64,000 nucleotides of DNA, from the NCBI GenBank assembly GCA_002433895.1, contig DJJA01000005.1, positions 3,883-67,882 of the forward strand. The letters run 5' to 3'. Shown here piece after piece: positions 41,567 through 50,564 of this stretch (its first letter is position 1; each line of letters opens with the position of its first letter). Made by a program: the position numbers and the translations under genes. Origin of the DNA: Candidatus Gottesmanbacteria bacterium UBA6580 (GTDB lineage: Bacteria; Patescibacteriota; Microgenomatia; UBA10105; UBA927). The notes under the pieces were generated by a model that did not search any database, was not told the DNA's origin, and saw nothing but the letters and a program-made list of their open reading frames with translations.

Positions 41567-42975
41567 ATACAAAAAGTCTCCGGTTCCGCGTGAGTGTGTG
41601 GTATACCTCCATTTTTTCCTTTGCGATGGCAATACTTTTTGTATCCTTCTATTTCTTAACTCAGCAGTCGCTTCTGTCTCATACAGACGGTGCAATTACA
41701 TCACATACTGAACGTATTGTAGAAATTATCGGTCAGGAAGACGGTAATTCGATGGATGCTTCATTTGTAAACAATAGTCAAGCGTTTGCCCATCAGTTTA
41801 CAGAAATGCCGGGAATGGTACTTATCATCGGAGATCCCTTTGGCAAGATTCTGTATTCTTCACAAAGTTTAGGTGGCAACGAGGCAGTTGCTGAGGTGCT
41901 ACTTGAAAAGTCTGCAAACATTATCAAGCCAACATTCGTCAACCGTACAATTGGTGGTAGTACTGTTCGACTCGGCGTATTTCCTGCTAGAAGAAGCGAT
42001 GATGGGAAAGTGCTTGTCATTATGGGGCAGCCCATGGATGTCATTCAAAATTCCCTAAATACGCTTGCAATAACGCTTTCAGTTGTCTATGCAGGAGTTT
42101 TTCTCTTAAGTTTGCTTGGAGGGATCATTATTGCCGGAAAAGCCATGAATCCAGTTGCGGCCATGTCCCGCGAGCTGAAGAAAATTAGTGCCGAAAACCT
42201 TGATGAACGCATGCCAAATCCCAAAACAGGTGACGAACTGGAAGAACTCTCGCAAACGTTTAACGGTCTTCTAGACCACCTACATGATGCTTTCGCGCGT
42301 GAACGACAGTTTATTGGTGATATGGCACATGAGTTGAAAACCCCTCTTGCAACCCTTAGGAGCAGTATTGAGGTAACTCTGACAAAAGCCAGGACGAATG
42401 ATGATTATAAAAAAGCATTTGCCGATACTTTGATAGACGTAAACCGCTTATCTCAAACGGTTAAGAATATTTTAGATTTAGCCTGGATTGGTGCAGAAAA
42501 TGCCCACACAATGAAAGAACCTGTTAATCTTTCAACTCTTGCGAAAGACTTGCACGAGATAGCCGAAAAACTGGCGGCAGAAAAGAAAATATCTATTTCA
42601 GCATCCATAGCATCCGGCGTTACCGTTGAAGGAGTTGAAGATAAAATATTTCGGGCGCTTCTCAATATTATAGATAATGCAGTGAAATACACTCCTGCAG
42701 GTAAATCGGTATCGTTATCGTTAAAGAAAAATAAACATCATGCCTTTTTTGTTGTAAAAGACTCGGGAGTTGGCATTTCAGCAGACGAGCAACAACATAT
42801 GTTTGAGCGTTTCTACCGGGGAGCAAAAACTGCACGAACGGTCGGATCCGGCTTAGGGCTTGCCATTGCTCACGGTATAATCAAAGCACATCTGGGAGAT
42901 ATACAAGTGAGTAGTAAACCCGGACACGGTACTATCATGACCATCGTACTTCCCCTCGCAAAATTGCAATCTTAA
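41563..42975 (+). CDS. Sensor histidine kinase (CusS-like)
   Basis: 2 TM, HAMP, AHELKTPL, NAVKY, DSGVG, GSGLGL. Confidence 0.95.
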   Translation: MNTKSLRFRVSVWYTSIFSFAMAILFVSFYFLTQQSLLSHTDGAITSHTERIVEIIGQEDGNSMDASFVNNSQAFAHQFTEMPGMVLIIGDPFGKILYSSQSLGGNEAVAEVLLEKSANIIKPTFVNRTIGGSTVRLGVFPARRSDDGKVLVIMGQPMDVIQNSLNTLAITLSVVYAGVFLLSLLGGIIIAGKAMNPVAAMSRELKKISAENLDERMPNPKTGDELEELSQTFNGLLDHLHDAFARERQFIGDMAHELKTPLATLRSSIEVTLTKARTNDDYKKAFADTLIDVNRLSQTVKNILDLAWIGAENAHTMKEPVNLSTLAKDLHEIAEKLAAEKKISISASIASGVTVEGVEDKIFRALLNIIDNAVKYTPAGKSVSLSLKKNKHHAFFVVKDSGVGISADEQQHMFERFYRGAKTARTVGSGLGLAIAHGIIKAHLGDIQVSSKPGHGTIMTIVLPLAKLQS

Positions 42976-43004
42976 CGATTTCTTCATACCTTTTGATCTA
43001 CTGT
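42971..43004 (+). promoter_or_regulatory. Response-regulator tandem box plus -10 (site 3)
   Basis: CTTAAC-n5-CTTCAT-11nt-TACTGT. Confidence 0.65.
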
Positions 43005-43028
43005 AGAAGTACCTTGAAAAGGAGGTAT

Positions 43029-43241
43029 ATGAAAAATTATCATAGACAAAATATTCCTGCTGCAACTGGGCCAAGTCAGACCATGAAATGGGTAGGAATC
43101 TTTATTATCGTGGGAGCGATTCTCCTCATTGCCATATCCGTATTCAACATTCCGGTATATACCGTTGTTACTGGCGCATTATTACTAGCGTGCCCATTGA
43201 TCCACATGGCTATGATGCGGAATGGAGGGCATAAACATTAA
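43029..43241 (+). CDS. DUF2933-like small membrane protein
   Basis: LLLACPLIHMAMM..GGHKH; AGGAGG RBS. Confidence 0.7.
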   Translation: MKNYHRQNIPAATGPSQTMKWVGIFIIVGAILLIAISVFNIPVYTVVTGALLLACPLIHMAMMRNGGHKH

Positions 43242-43258
43242 GAATTAGTTCATCTTAA

Positions 43259-43292
43259 TTTCACGATATCTTAATGACAGAAGGATTACTAT
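43259..43292 (+). promoter_or_regulatory. Response-regulator tandem box plus -10 (site 4)
   Basis: TTTCAC-n5-CTTAAT-11nt-TACTAT. Confidence 0.5.
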
Positions 43293-43331
43293 AAAAGAGT
43301 TAACAGGAACATAGAAAGGAGGCGAAAAAAC

Positions 43332-43391
43332 ATGATGGGATGCTGTCACTATCCGATACGCAGTCCTACAATAACAAAGCGTAAACATTAA
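43332..43391 (+). CDS. Putative 19-aa peptide MMGCCHYPIRSPTITKRKH
   Basis: Read by hand; AAAGGAGG RBS, own promoter box, downstream terminator. Confidence 0.4.
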   Translation: MMGCCHYPIRSPTITKRKH

Positions 43392-43401
43392 AATAAACCA
43401 C

Positions 43402-43436
43402 AGAAATCACCCTTTACCCCTATAAGGGTGATTTCT
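43402..43436. terminator. Bidirectional terminator
   Basis: Perfect 13-bp stem AGAAATCACCCTT/AAGGGTGATTTCT between convergent units. Confidence 0.8.
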
Positions 43437-43446
43437 ATTTTATAAC

Positions 43447-43566
43447 TTACTTAGCCTCTTCGTTTTTCAAAACCAAGTCCATTCCGCATTTGGGGCATTT
43501 CCCTGGTTTATCAGAAGTCACCTCAGGATGCATTGAACATGTATAAGTCTCTGTTGTTTCTGCCAT
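43447..43566 (-). CDS. Stand-alone heavy-metal-binding domain protein (39 aa)
   Basis: Read by hand: MAETTETYTCSMHPEVTSDKPGKCPKCGMDLVLKNEEAK; GAGGTG RBS. Confidence 0.85.
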   Translation of the reverse strand: MAETTETYTCSMHPEVTSDKPGKCPKCGMDLVLKNEEAK

Positions 43567-43605
43567 TAATTATCACCTCGCTTTCTTTTATCAAACACTA
43601 ATCAG

Positions 43606-44010
43606 CTAAGGAACATTTACAGTGAAATCCTTATTTTCCGTGCTTCCATCAGGCATTTTAACAGTGGTTCTAACTCTCCATGGCCCTCGCATAGACATAT
43701 TTCCAATCGCTGAATATCTTCCATTACCCTGCGATGTTGCATTACCTTGCTGCGTTCCCATATTCATTGCAGTCATATTCAGATCAAAGGAAACAGTTGC
43801 ATTATCAACTGGTTTACCGCTTTTATCCTTTACATCGATCATGAATGTGGCTTGACCAAGTCGAAGCGGATTAGGACTAGTAGACAGTGTAATGCCACCG
43901 TTTGAGTCAGCAGAAGTACCTGGAGTAGGAATTGACATTGATTTCCAACCGAGGTAAGCCACGGCGACAACTAAAACTGCGAGTAGTGCTAATAGTGTCT
44001 TATTATTCAT
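43606..44010 (-). CDS. FixH/YtkA-like protein
   Basis: GKPVDNATV...MTAMNMG...GRY...MRGPW. Confidence 0.75.
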   Translation of the reverse strand: MNNKTLLALLAVLVVAVAYLGWKSMSIPTPGTSADSNGGITLSTSPNPLRLGQATFMIDVKDKSGKPVDNATVSFDLNMTAMNMGTQQGNATSQGNGRYSAIGNMSMRGPWRVRTTVKMPDGSTENKDFTVNVP

Positions 44011-44037
44011 ATTTTACCTCCATTCGATTTTTATACA

Positions 44038-45087
44038 TTAAATAACATTGATCATCATCATTAGTCCACCCGGTTCTTCATGGTCATTGGTTGTGTGGTG
44101 CGGAATATGGCAATGTAACATCCATTTACCAGGTCTGTCCGGTGTAAATTCGATATCATAACGTTCTCCCGGGGCTACTGAGACAACATCTTTTGTCCAC
44201 TGGGCACTTTCCGGGACGTCATTACCGTCCGTGGCCACGATCTTAAACGGAAATCCATGTAGGTGCATCGGATGGATCATTTGCCCGGACCCGATAAATC
44301 GTAGGCGAATTTTTTGACCTACTTTAGCCATAACATTTTCGGTATTGGGGAAAGCTTTCCCATTAATGGTAAAAAAGTTGCCGTCCATACCTGTTGCCGG
44401 CATGGCAGCATAGGTCTGGCCGTCAATGACTCTCCACTCATTTAACATAAATACTTTATCTACATCAGGCTTTGAAGCCAGTCCGCCGACCGGATCGATG
44501 ATAAACGCCCCAGATAGTCCCACTGAAATTTGTTTATCTGAATCAAAATGAGAGTGATACCAATATGTCCCGGCTGGTTTGGCAACAAACTCATAGGTAA
44601 ATGTTTCTCCTGGTTGAATAGGATCTTGTGTTTCGTCTGGAATACCATCCATATTATTGGGAACCTGGATACCATGCCAGTGGATGGTTGTCGGCTCCAT
44701 AAGATTGTTTTTGATGAGAATTTTAACTTTATCCCCATTGGTTGCACGAATAAGGGGACCCGGAACCATACCGTTATATGCCCAGGCCGTGACAACAGTA
44801 TCTTTTAGGATTGACCATCTCACTGGAGCCGCAGTCAAATTGAAAACTTTAGTGCCATTCTCCATTTTGAATGGAAGTTCCTGCAATCCAGAATCTTCGG
44901 TAGCCATGGGTACTCCCGTATCAGAAATTGCTTCCATTGCTTTTTCTCCAGCTAGATTAGCGCCAGTTGTCGTGAGCAGAGCGGGAGCGTTATTCGATTT
45001 TTTAACGATTTTCGGCACCATGAATGTGAGAATGATACCGAACAACACGATAAATCCTATGATGATTTTTTTGTTTGTATTTTCCAT
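44038..45087 (-). CDS. Two-domain multicopper oxidase (T1 site in domain 2)
   Basis: HWHG, YHSH, HPMHLHG, HCHIPHH; start moved to ATG 45087. Confidence 0.88.
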   Translation of the reverse strand: MENTNKKIIIGFIVLFGIILTFMVPKIVKKSNNAPALLTTTGANLAGEKAMEAISDTGVPMATEDSGLQELPFKMENGTKVFNLTAAPVRWSILKDTVVTAWAYNGMVPGPLIRATNGDKVKILIKNNLMEPTTIHWHGIQVPNNMDGIPDETQDPIQPGETFTYEFVAKPAGTYWYHSHFDSDKQISVGLSGAFIIDPVGGLASKPDVDKVFMLNEWRVIDGQTYAAMPATGMDGNFFTINGKAFPNTENVMAKVGQKIRLRFIGSGQMIHPMHLHGFPFKIVATDGNDVPESAQWTKDVVSVAPGERYDIEFTPDRPGKWMLHCHIPHHTTNDHEEPGGLMMMINVI

Positions 45088-45096
45088 ATTATTGCC

Positions 45097-45113
45097 TACT
45101 ACATAGTGTAGAA
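45097..45113. promoter_or_regulatory. BlaI/CopY-type operator
   Basis: TACTACATAGTGTAGAA. Confidence 0.55.
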
Positions 45114-45137
45114 CATCACACAATCATTTTCAATGAA

Positions 45138-45779
45138 CTAGTGATGATCGATGCCTTTAAATGCCTTAATAAATGTATGCATCCGATCAGCGTCAAAATC
45201 GTTGAATTTATCGATTCGCGCCCAAGCTGTCATTGCAATTTTAGCGTCCAATTTAGGGTATGGTGCCATAAAAACTTTGTCAGGGTATTTTTTGGCTACT
45301 TCTGTTAATCTCTCTACCAGTTGCCTACACTCGCCTTCAACTTCAGCACTCGGTGAGGCAGTGTCCGTCGCATTTCCCTCAGGGGAACAGTTGTATTGAA
45401 TTCCCACTCCACCATCTTCAAGGTTATGAAGCTGCAATTCATCGGGAATGGGAGAATCACTTTTGCCCCATTTCGCTTTCCCACCAACATGAGTTCCAGA
45501 GGTAGGTGGAATGGAATTATAAGGGTCATGCGCGTCCGTTATATTTTCGATGTGTTTGTTCCCGAGAGACGCCACAAATTCTCCAGGCTGAGGTTTTGAA
45601 AGCTCTTTAATGAGCAGATATCCGCCTCCGATCACAACAAGACCAATGAAAGCATAAAGGCCATATTTCTTATAATTCGATGTTGTATATTGTTTTTGCT
45701 GTTGCACACGATAATAATTCCTCTTGTACTCTTTGCGTTCATGCTTTGATAGCTGATTCCAATTATCCGGAAGTTCCAT
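45138..45779 (-). CDS. DUF3105 domain protein
   Basis: YNSIPPTSGTH, HNLEDG, TAW motifs. Confidence 0.8.
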   Translation of the reverse strand: MELPDNWNQLSKHERKEYKRNYYRVQQQKQYTTSNYKKYGLYAFIGLVVIGGGYLLIKELSKPQPGEFVASLGNKHIENITDAHDPYNSIPPTSGTHVGGKAKWGKSDSPIPDELQLHNLEDGGVGIQYNCSPEGNATDTASPSAEVEGECRQLVERLTEVAKKYPDKVFMAPYPKLDAKIAMTAWARIDKFNDFDADRMHTFIKAFKGIDHH

Positions 45780-45781
45780 AG

Positions 45782-46324
45782 TTATTTTTGATCTTTAACC
45801 ACACAAGTATATGGCTGGTTAATTTTTTTGATCGTAAAACTAATCGCAACCAAAAGGATAGATATCCCAGCAAAACCAAACTCTTGCCCGCGAAATGGTA
45901 ATATCCCCAACACGGTCGTTGCAGAACTAAACCCTATTAGGGAGGTCAGGACCACAGAACCACATGATGCACACCCTACACCAAATAAACTTGTGGCTAC
46001 TCCTGCAAAAGAAACACCCAATTCTGTCTGAATTCTTACTGATTGACGGAGATAGTAAATTAATAAACTCATCTGAATACCAGTAAGAGTCGCGCTAATT
46101 ACCGTTAGTGTCCGCGAAAGAGGGGTAAAGTTAGTTTCGAGCGAACCGAGTAAAGCCGTGAGCAAATTCGTCTTTTCCCAAATACTCATAGAGGAGGAGG
46201 TCATGGTTTTGGTTACAAGATGTAAATTTGGTAACCAGGCTGCAAAAGCAATCATTGTGACAGTTATAAATAAGGTTGCGGCTAAATATTTGGGGTGCCA
46301 AATTATTTTCGCTATGGTGGTCAT
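45782..46324 (-). CDS. Membrane protein with GCASCG motif
   Basis: Multi-TM with CxxC; start moved to 46324. Confidence 0.7.
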   Translation of the reverse strand: MTTIAKIIWHPKYLAATLFITVTMIAFAAWLPNLHLVTKTMTSSSMSIWEKTNLLTALLGSLETNFTPLSRTLTVISATLTGIQMSLLIYYLRQSVRIQTELGVSFAGVATSLFGVGCASCGSVVLTSLIGFSSATTVLGILPFRGQEFGFAGISILLVAISFTIKKINQPYTCVVKDQK

Positions 46325-46328
46325 ATCG

Positions 46329-47090
46329 TTATTTAAGCAGTGGATCAATAACTGCCTGGAAAGCAGCAAATGGTTGTGCTCCAACCAATAGATCACCATC
46401 AATATTCCCGTCACTGGTTGATTTTCCAATTAAGAATGTAGGGGTACCAGATGCACCGGCGGCTGAGCCGTCAGCGATGTCTTTCTTTACCTCATCTGCT
46501 TTAGCTGTGTTGGATAGACAAGTTGTAAAGGTGCTGATGTTCATTTTTAAATCTCTGGCGATTGTTTGTATTTTTGCATCATCCAGGCCATTCCCGTTAG
46601 ACGTCGTGCGCTTGAATATTTCATCGTGAAATTCATAATATTTTTTATCTCCACCCTGGTCTCGGGCACAAGTGGCAGCAATTGCCTCCTTACTGGCCAT
46701 TGGATCGTGGAATGAGAGCGGAAAATCTCTAAATACCAGCTTTGCCTTACCCGTATCAATATATTTTTTAACAAGTTCTTGATGTGTAGAATCAAAGTGA
46801 CGTTTACAAAATGGACACTCATAATCAGAAAACTCAATAATAGTTACAGGTGCGTTTTTATCACCCAAGATAGGATCGTCATCGATAGAAGCGACACCTT
46901 TGGTTACCTGAGGCGCTTGTGCAGCCGGTGCCGCTGGTTGATTATCGTTGGTTCCCTGAGCAACACCAGCAACGACTCCTTTTTCTAACATTTTGACTTT
47001 TGTGGTGAGTGATCCGAGGAAAAACGAACCAATTATTAGAAGTACTACTAATACGGGTGTGAGTTTGGAACTGGTTATTTGATCTGTCAT
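46329..47090 (-). CDS. DsbA/BdbD-like thiol-disulfide oxidoreductase
   Basis: EFSDYECPFC, GTPTF, GAQP. Confidence 0.92.
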   Translation of the reverse strand: MTDQITSSKLTPVLVVLLIIGSFFLGSLTTKVKMLEKGVVAGVAQGTNDNQPAAPAAQAPQVTKGVASIDDDPILGDKNAPVTIIEFSDYECPFCKRHFDSTHQELVKKYIDTGKAKLVFRDFPLSFHDPMASKEAIAATCARDQGGDKKYYEFHDEIFKRTTSNGNGLDDAKIQTIARDLKMNISTFTTCLSNTAKADEVKKDIADGSAAGASGTPTFLIGKSTSDGNIDGDLLVGAQPFAAFQAVIDPLLK

Positions 47091-47092
47091 AT

Positions 47093-47109
47093 TACTACAC
47101 AGTGTAGTA
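47093..47109. promoter_or_regulatory. BlaI/CopY-type operator
   Basis: Perfect palindrome TACTACAC-A-GTGTAGTA next to the start codon. Confidence 0.7.
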
Positions 47110-47145
47110 GGTAAACAGATTATCTGTCAACTATGTCTAACCACA

Positions 47146-48144
47146 TCACTTAACAGAACTGAAGTTTACAGTGGTTGCTGGTGTGTATCGAGGTTGGATG
47201 CTCTGAAGCTCCTGGAGTGTTTCTTTACGGCAGACTGATTCACAATTTGCAGAATTATTACAAAGCATAACAACGTCTTGACCGTCTTCGTGAAGTTCGA
47301 TGGTATTTACCGGAGTTACCATGAGTCCTAGTAAGGCGGTGAGAGATAAAATACTTAACCCTATGTTTCGTAAGCCGATCTTTTTGTAAGTATTGTCGAT
47401 TACGTTCATCGAACGAATGCGGGCTTCAAGTGTATCGACACTCATCATCGCTGGTAGAAAAATGGGGTTGATATCTGGTTCGTATTGGATTAGCTTTCGT
47501 AGTACATCTTTCAGTGATTGTTTATCTTTGGCGTTTGTTATCGCGGCATTGTCTGCGGTCACCTCCCTATCTGTTCGATAGACTCTTATAAAATCGGACA
47601 CCACCGGAAAAAAAGGAAAAAGTGATTCAATCGTTGAAGCCAGAAGTAAAGTAAGTGTATCTTTGTGCTCCAGGTGGTATTTTTCATGCCTTAGTATTAC
47701 CTCTAGCTCATTCTGGCTCATAAGTTGAATCAACCCAGTCGAAATATAGATTTTGGGATTACGGATACCAAAACAGAATGCTTGGGGTTTAGCTTGTGTA
47801 AAAACTAATATTTTCTCTTGTAATCCTAAAGATTTAAAAAGGTTTGTGAGATCTACAGGATGTTCAAGGTTCTTTTTTAAAAGTTTATTTCGAAAAATAA
47901 CTACATTAAATATCGATCCGAACAATTTGAAAAGGGTAAACACGACAGCAAGTATGAATATTCCGGCCAGAATCCTTCCATACTCACCGGGTATCTGAAA
48001 ATTTAATGATTTTGCCATTTCCTGACAATAATACAGACCATGATGAATAAGAATCAGAAAGTATTTGTAGATAACGAATATGTGGCCAAACGTAAGAAAT
48101 ACGAGCATTCCGGCAAATACCAATAAATAATTATGTATTTTCAT
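47146..48144 (-). CDS. M56 family (BlaR1-like) metallopeptidase
   Basis: AFCFG..P.IYISTGL, HEKYH, E..AD. Confidence 0.85.
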   Translation of the reverse strand: MKIHNYLLVFAGMLVFLTFGHIFVIYKYFLILIHHGLYYCQEMAKSLNFQIPGEYGRILAGIFILAVVFTLFKLFGSIFNVVIFRNKLLKKNLEHPVDLTNLFKSLGLQEKILVFTQAKPQAFCFGIRNPKIYISTGLIQLMSQNELEVILRHEKYHLEHKDTLTLLLASTIESLFPFFPVVSDFIRVYRTDREVTADNAAITNAKDKQSLKDVLRKLIQYEPDINPIFLPAMMSVDTLEARIRSMNVIDNTYKKIGLRNIGLSILSLTALLGLMVTPVNTIELHEDGQDVVMLCNNSANCESVCRKETLQELQSIQPRYTPATTVNFSSVK

Positions 48145-48517
48145 TCTGTTTTTCTATGAGTTTTATAAAATAATCTTTCTTTTCTTTTGGCAGCTCATCT
48201 ATGGACTCTGCGAAAGAGGCTATGGCGGTGTCGCCGAAAGATTGAAAAAAATTGGTGAAAAAAGAACCAGCTACTTTCTTACTAAATTCCTTCCGGGAAA
48301 TTCTCGGAGAGTAATACACAACAGAATTTTTCTCGGATCGTTTTAACAAGCCCTTTTCATAAAGTCGCGTAAGAATAGTCGCCACGGTTGTATAAGCCAG
48401 CTCTTTCTCTTTTCTCATTTCTTCCAGGACTTCCCGCACGGAACAAGTCTCAGAGTTCCATACGATATTCATGATTTCCTGATCGAGTGGACTTAAACTC
48501 TTTTGTGTAATCTGCAT
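48131..48517 (-). CDS. BlaI/MecI/CopY family repressor
   Basis: EIMNIVW, LAYTTVATILTRLYEKG. Confidence 0.92.
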   Translation of the reverse strand: MQITQKSLSPLDQEIMNIVWNSETCSVREVLEEMRKEKELAYTTVATILTRLYEKGLLKRSEKNSVVYYSPRISRKEFSKKVAGSFFTNFFQSFGDTAIASFAESIDELPKEKKDYFIKLIEKQNENT

Positions 48518-48533
48518 ACTACTGATTGTAGTA
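48517..48533. promoter_or_regulatory. BlaI/CopY-type operator (autoregulatory)
   Basis: TACTAC-n5-GTAGTA at the repressor start codon. Confidence 0.7.
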
Positions 48534-48573
48534 TCTCACTGACAGACATTCAATATGTGAGACTTTAAGAAAT

Positions 48574-48607
48574 CTTCATGCTTTCTTAATCATTCAAAGT
48601 TTAGACT
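48574..48607 (+). promoter_or_regulatory. Response-regulator tandem box plus -10 (site 5)
   Basis: CTTCAT-n5-CTTAAT-11nt-TAGACT. Confidence 0.65.
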
Positions 48608-48615
48608 ATGCATAT

Positions 48616-49296
48616 ATGTACGACTATGGTAACTGGTTTCTTGTTTTATTGAACATCGTTCTATTTGGTTACTTTCTGAGAAGTTCGTTTAAACCCCGAA
48701 CCAAAACAGACTGGGAGACATTTAATTCATTCGGCGCTTTTATCGTAGCTCTATTTGCAGAAATGTACGGTTTCCCGCTAACAATTTATTTACTAACGTC
48801 ACTTTTTGGTACCCGCCTTGGTATTGACTTTACCCATGATAACGGACATTTACTCAATACTTTACTTGGAATTAAAGGAGATCCGCATTTCAGTTTTCTT
48901 CATGTAGTAAGTTATGCACTCATTATCGGAGGTTTTACCCTTCTGAGTAATGCTTGGGAAGTCCTGTATAAAGCGCAAAAACGGCGCAGACTCGCACGAA
49001 CCGGAATATATACATATATCCGCCATCCACAGTACCTTGCCTTTATCATGATCATTTTCGGCTTTTTAGTACAGTGGCCAACTATAATTACGCTCATTAT
49101 GGCGCCAATTCTCATCTGGCGGTATCTACATCTTGCCAAGCTTGAAGAGAGCGAGATACACAAACAATTCGGGTCATCCTACGCCTCATATCTTAAAAAT
49201 ACTCCTGCATTTTTACCATCTTTTACCACTGTACTAGAAAAATTAAAGTCTCGTAGCGTCAAGCTTGAGATTACGAAAGGGAATACCCATGAATAA
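48616..49296 (+). CDS. Isoprenylcysteine carboxyl methyltransferase family protein
   Basis: ALFAEMYGFPLTIY, G.Y.YIRHPQY, EE motifs. Confidence 0.88.
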   Translation: MYDYGNWFLVLLNIVLFGYFLRSSFKPRTKTDWETFNSFGAFIVALFAEMYGFPLTIYLLTSLFGTRLGIDFTHDNGHLLNTLLGIKGDPHFSFLHVVSYALIIGGFTLLSNAWEVLYKAQKRRRLARTGIYTYIRHPQYLAFIMIIFGFLVQWPTIITLIMAPILIWRYLHLAKLEESEIHKQFGSSYASYLKNTPAFLPSFTTVLEKLKSRSVKLEITKGNTHE

Positions 49297-49813
49297 TCAA
49301 GTTTCTTCATCTGACCAAGCAGTCAAACTTAGAGAGCCTATACGCGAAAGTTTGATATTATTTATTATTAAAATTACATCATTACTGATCGTAACAGACA
49401 CAATATATGCGGTGCTAAATTTTGTTCTATTACAAGCTTTCTTTCTAAATCATGAATTGCCGCTCAACCTGCATGCATATGCCCCATATATTCTTACAAT
49501 ACTTCACTTGGTAAAAACGATTTTACAAGTATGGGGAATTTCTTCAATCGTATTCCAATGGGTCGGGAATTCGTATCAAATAACTAATCGGCACTTAATT
49601 CACAGTATGGGCATAATGAATTGTACTGAGAAAATATATGATTTGAATATCATCCGTTCTATTTCCATAGAGCAGTCTTGGATCGGTAAGATATTCAAAT
49701 ACGGTACGGTAAACATCGAAATTAGCGCCTCGGGTGGTTATACGGACCAAGTAACTCTTTTTGGTGTACCAAATCCTCAGCAGTATGAAAATATGCTACG
49801 AAAGCATTTTTAA
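49289..49813 (+). CDS. Bacterial PH domain membrane protein
   Basis: Y.ITN..LI...GI...IRSISIEQS..GKIF.YG. Confidence 0.75.
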   Translation: MNNQVSSSDQAVKLREPIRESLILFIIKITSLLIVTDTIYAVLNFVLLQAFFLNHELPLNLHAYAPYILTILHLVKTILQVWGISSIVFQWVGNSYQITNRHLIHSMGIMNCTEKIYDLNIIRSISIEQSWIGKIFKYGTVNIEISASGGYTDQVTLFGVPNPQQYENMLRKHF

Positions 49814-49828
49814 TGTAAAGATATGAAT

Positions 49829-49862
49829 CTTAACGATTTCTTCATACTTCGCTTTCTATACT
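49829..49862 (+). promoter_or_regulatory. Response-regulator tandem box plus -10 (site 6)
   Basis: CTTAAC-n5-CTTCAT-11nt-TATACT. Confidence 0.65.
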
Positions 49863-49892
49863 GAGATATTGGTATTAAAAGGAGGTATCGGT

Positions 49893-50105
49893 ATGGAAGA
49901 TCATCACAATCACAGTGTTACAAAAGCAGAGCCGGTAAGCAGTCCCCTAAAATGGGTAGGTGTTTGCTTAGCTATCGGGGCGGTGCTCCTAATAGCTATA
50001 ACCGTGTTTAAAGTCCCGGTTAATACTGTTGCTACAACTGCTATTTTTCTCGCATGTCCGTTGTTACACATCTTTATGATGAAAAACGGCAATCATAAAC
50101 ATTAA
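49893..50105 (+). CDS. DUF2933-like small membrane protein (paralog of 43029-43241)
   Basis: LACPLLHIFMM...HKH; AGGAGG RBS. Confidence 0.7.
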   Translation: MEDHHNHSVTKAEPVSSPLKWVGVCLAIGAVLLIAITVFKVPVNTVATTAIFLACPLLHIFMMKNGNHKH

Positions 50106-50123
50106 AAATGAAAGGAATTTTAT

Positions 50124-50504
50124 ATGAATAATAATATTGGTATTGCAGCGGTTATTATCGCCGTTATTGTGGGTATAATTGGTTATACAAAATTTAATTC
50201 ATCTGCAGGAGGAAGTCAGGCTGTACAGCAGGTGGGAGATGTTGCCGTTATCAAACTTTCCAGTCTACCGAATGGAAACTACACAAATCAAAAGTTTGAA
50301 GTTAAACAAGGAACCAAAGTACGAATTGAAGGCGATCCTGCTACACTCGTTGGCTCGATGAGTAAAGTTATCGTTGATGGCTATGAAGTAAGTAAAGACA
50401 TTGCCGAAGGTGACAACGTCTTAGAGTTTGTCGCCGACAAGTCAGGTAAGTTTCGGATTCACTGTGCAAATGGCATGGGTAACGCATTTCTGACGGTCAA
50501 ATAA
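50124..50504 (+). CDS. Cupredoxin-like domain protein
   Basis: EFVADKSGKFRIHCANGM. Confidence 0.7.
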   Translation: MNNNIGIAAVIIAVIVGIIGYTKFNSSAGGSQAVQQVGDVAVIKLSSLPNGNYTNQKFEVKQGTKVRIEGDPATLVGSMSKVIVDGYEVSKDIAEGDNVLEFVADKSGKFRIHCANGMGNAFLTVK

Positions 50505-50564
50505 TTCTCGCCAAGATGTTGTACTATTAAAGGTAGAACCATGGATACAAAGGGAGGTACAACA

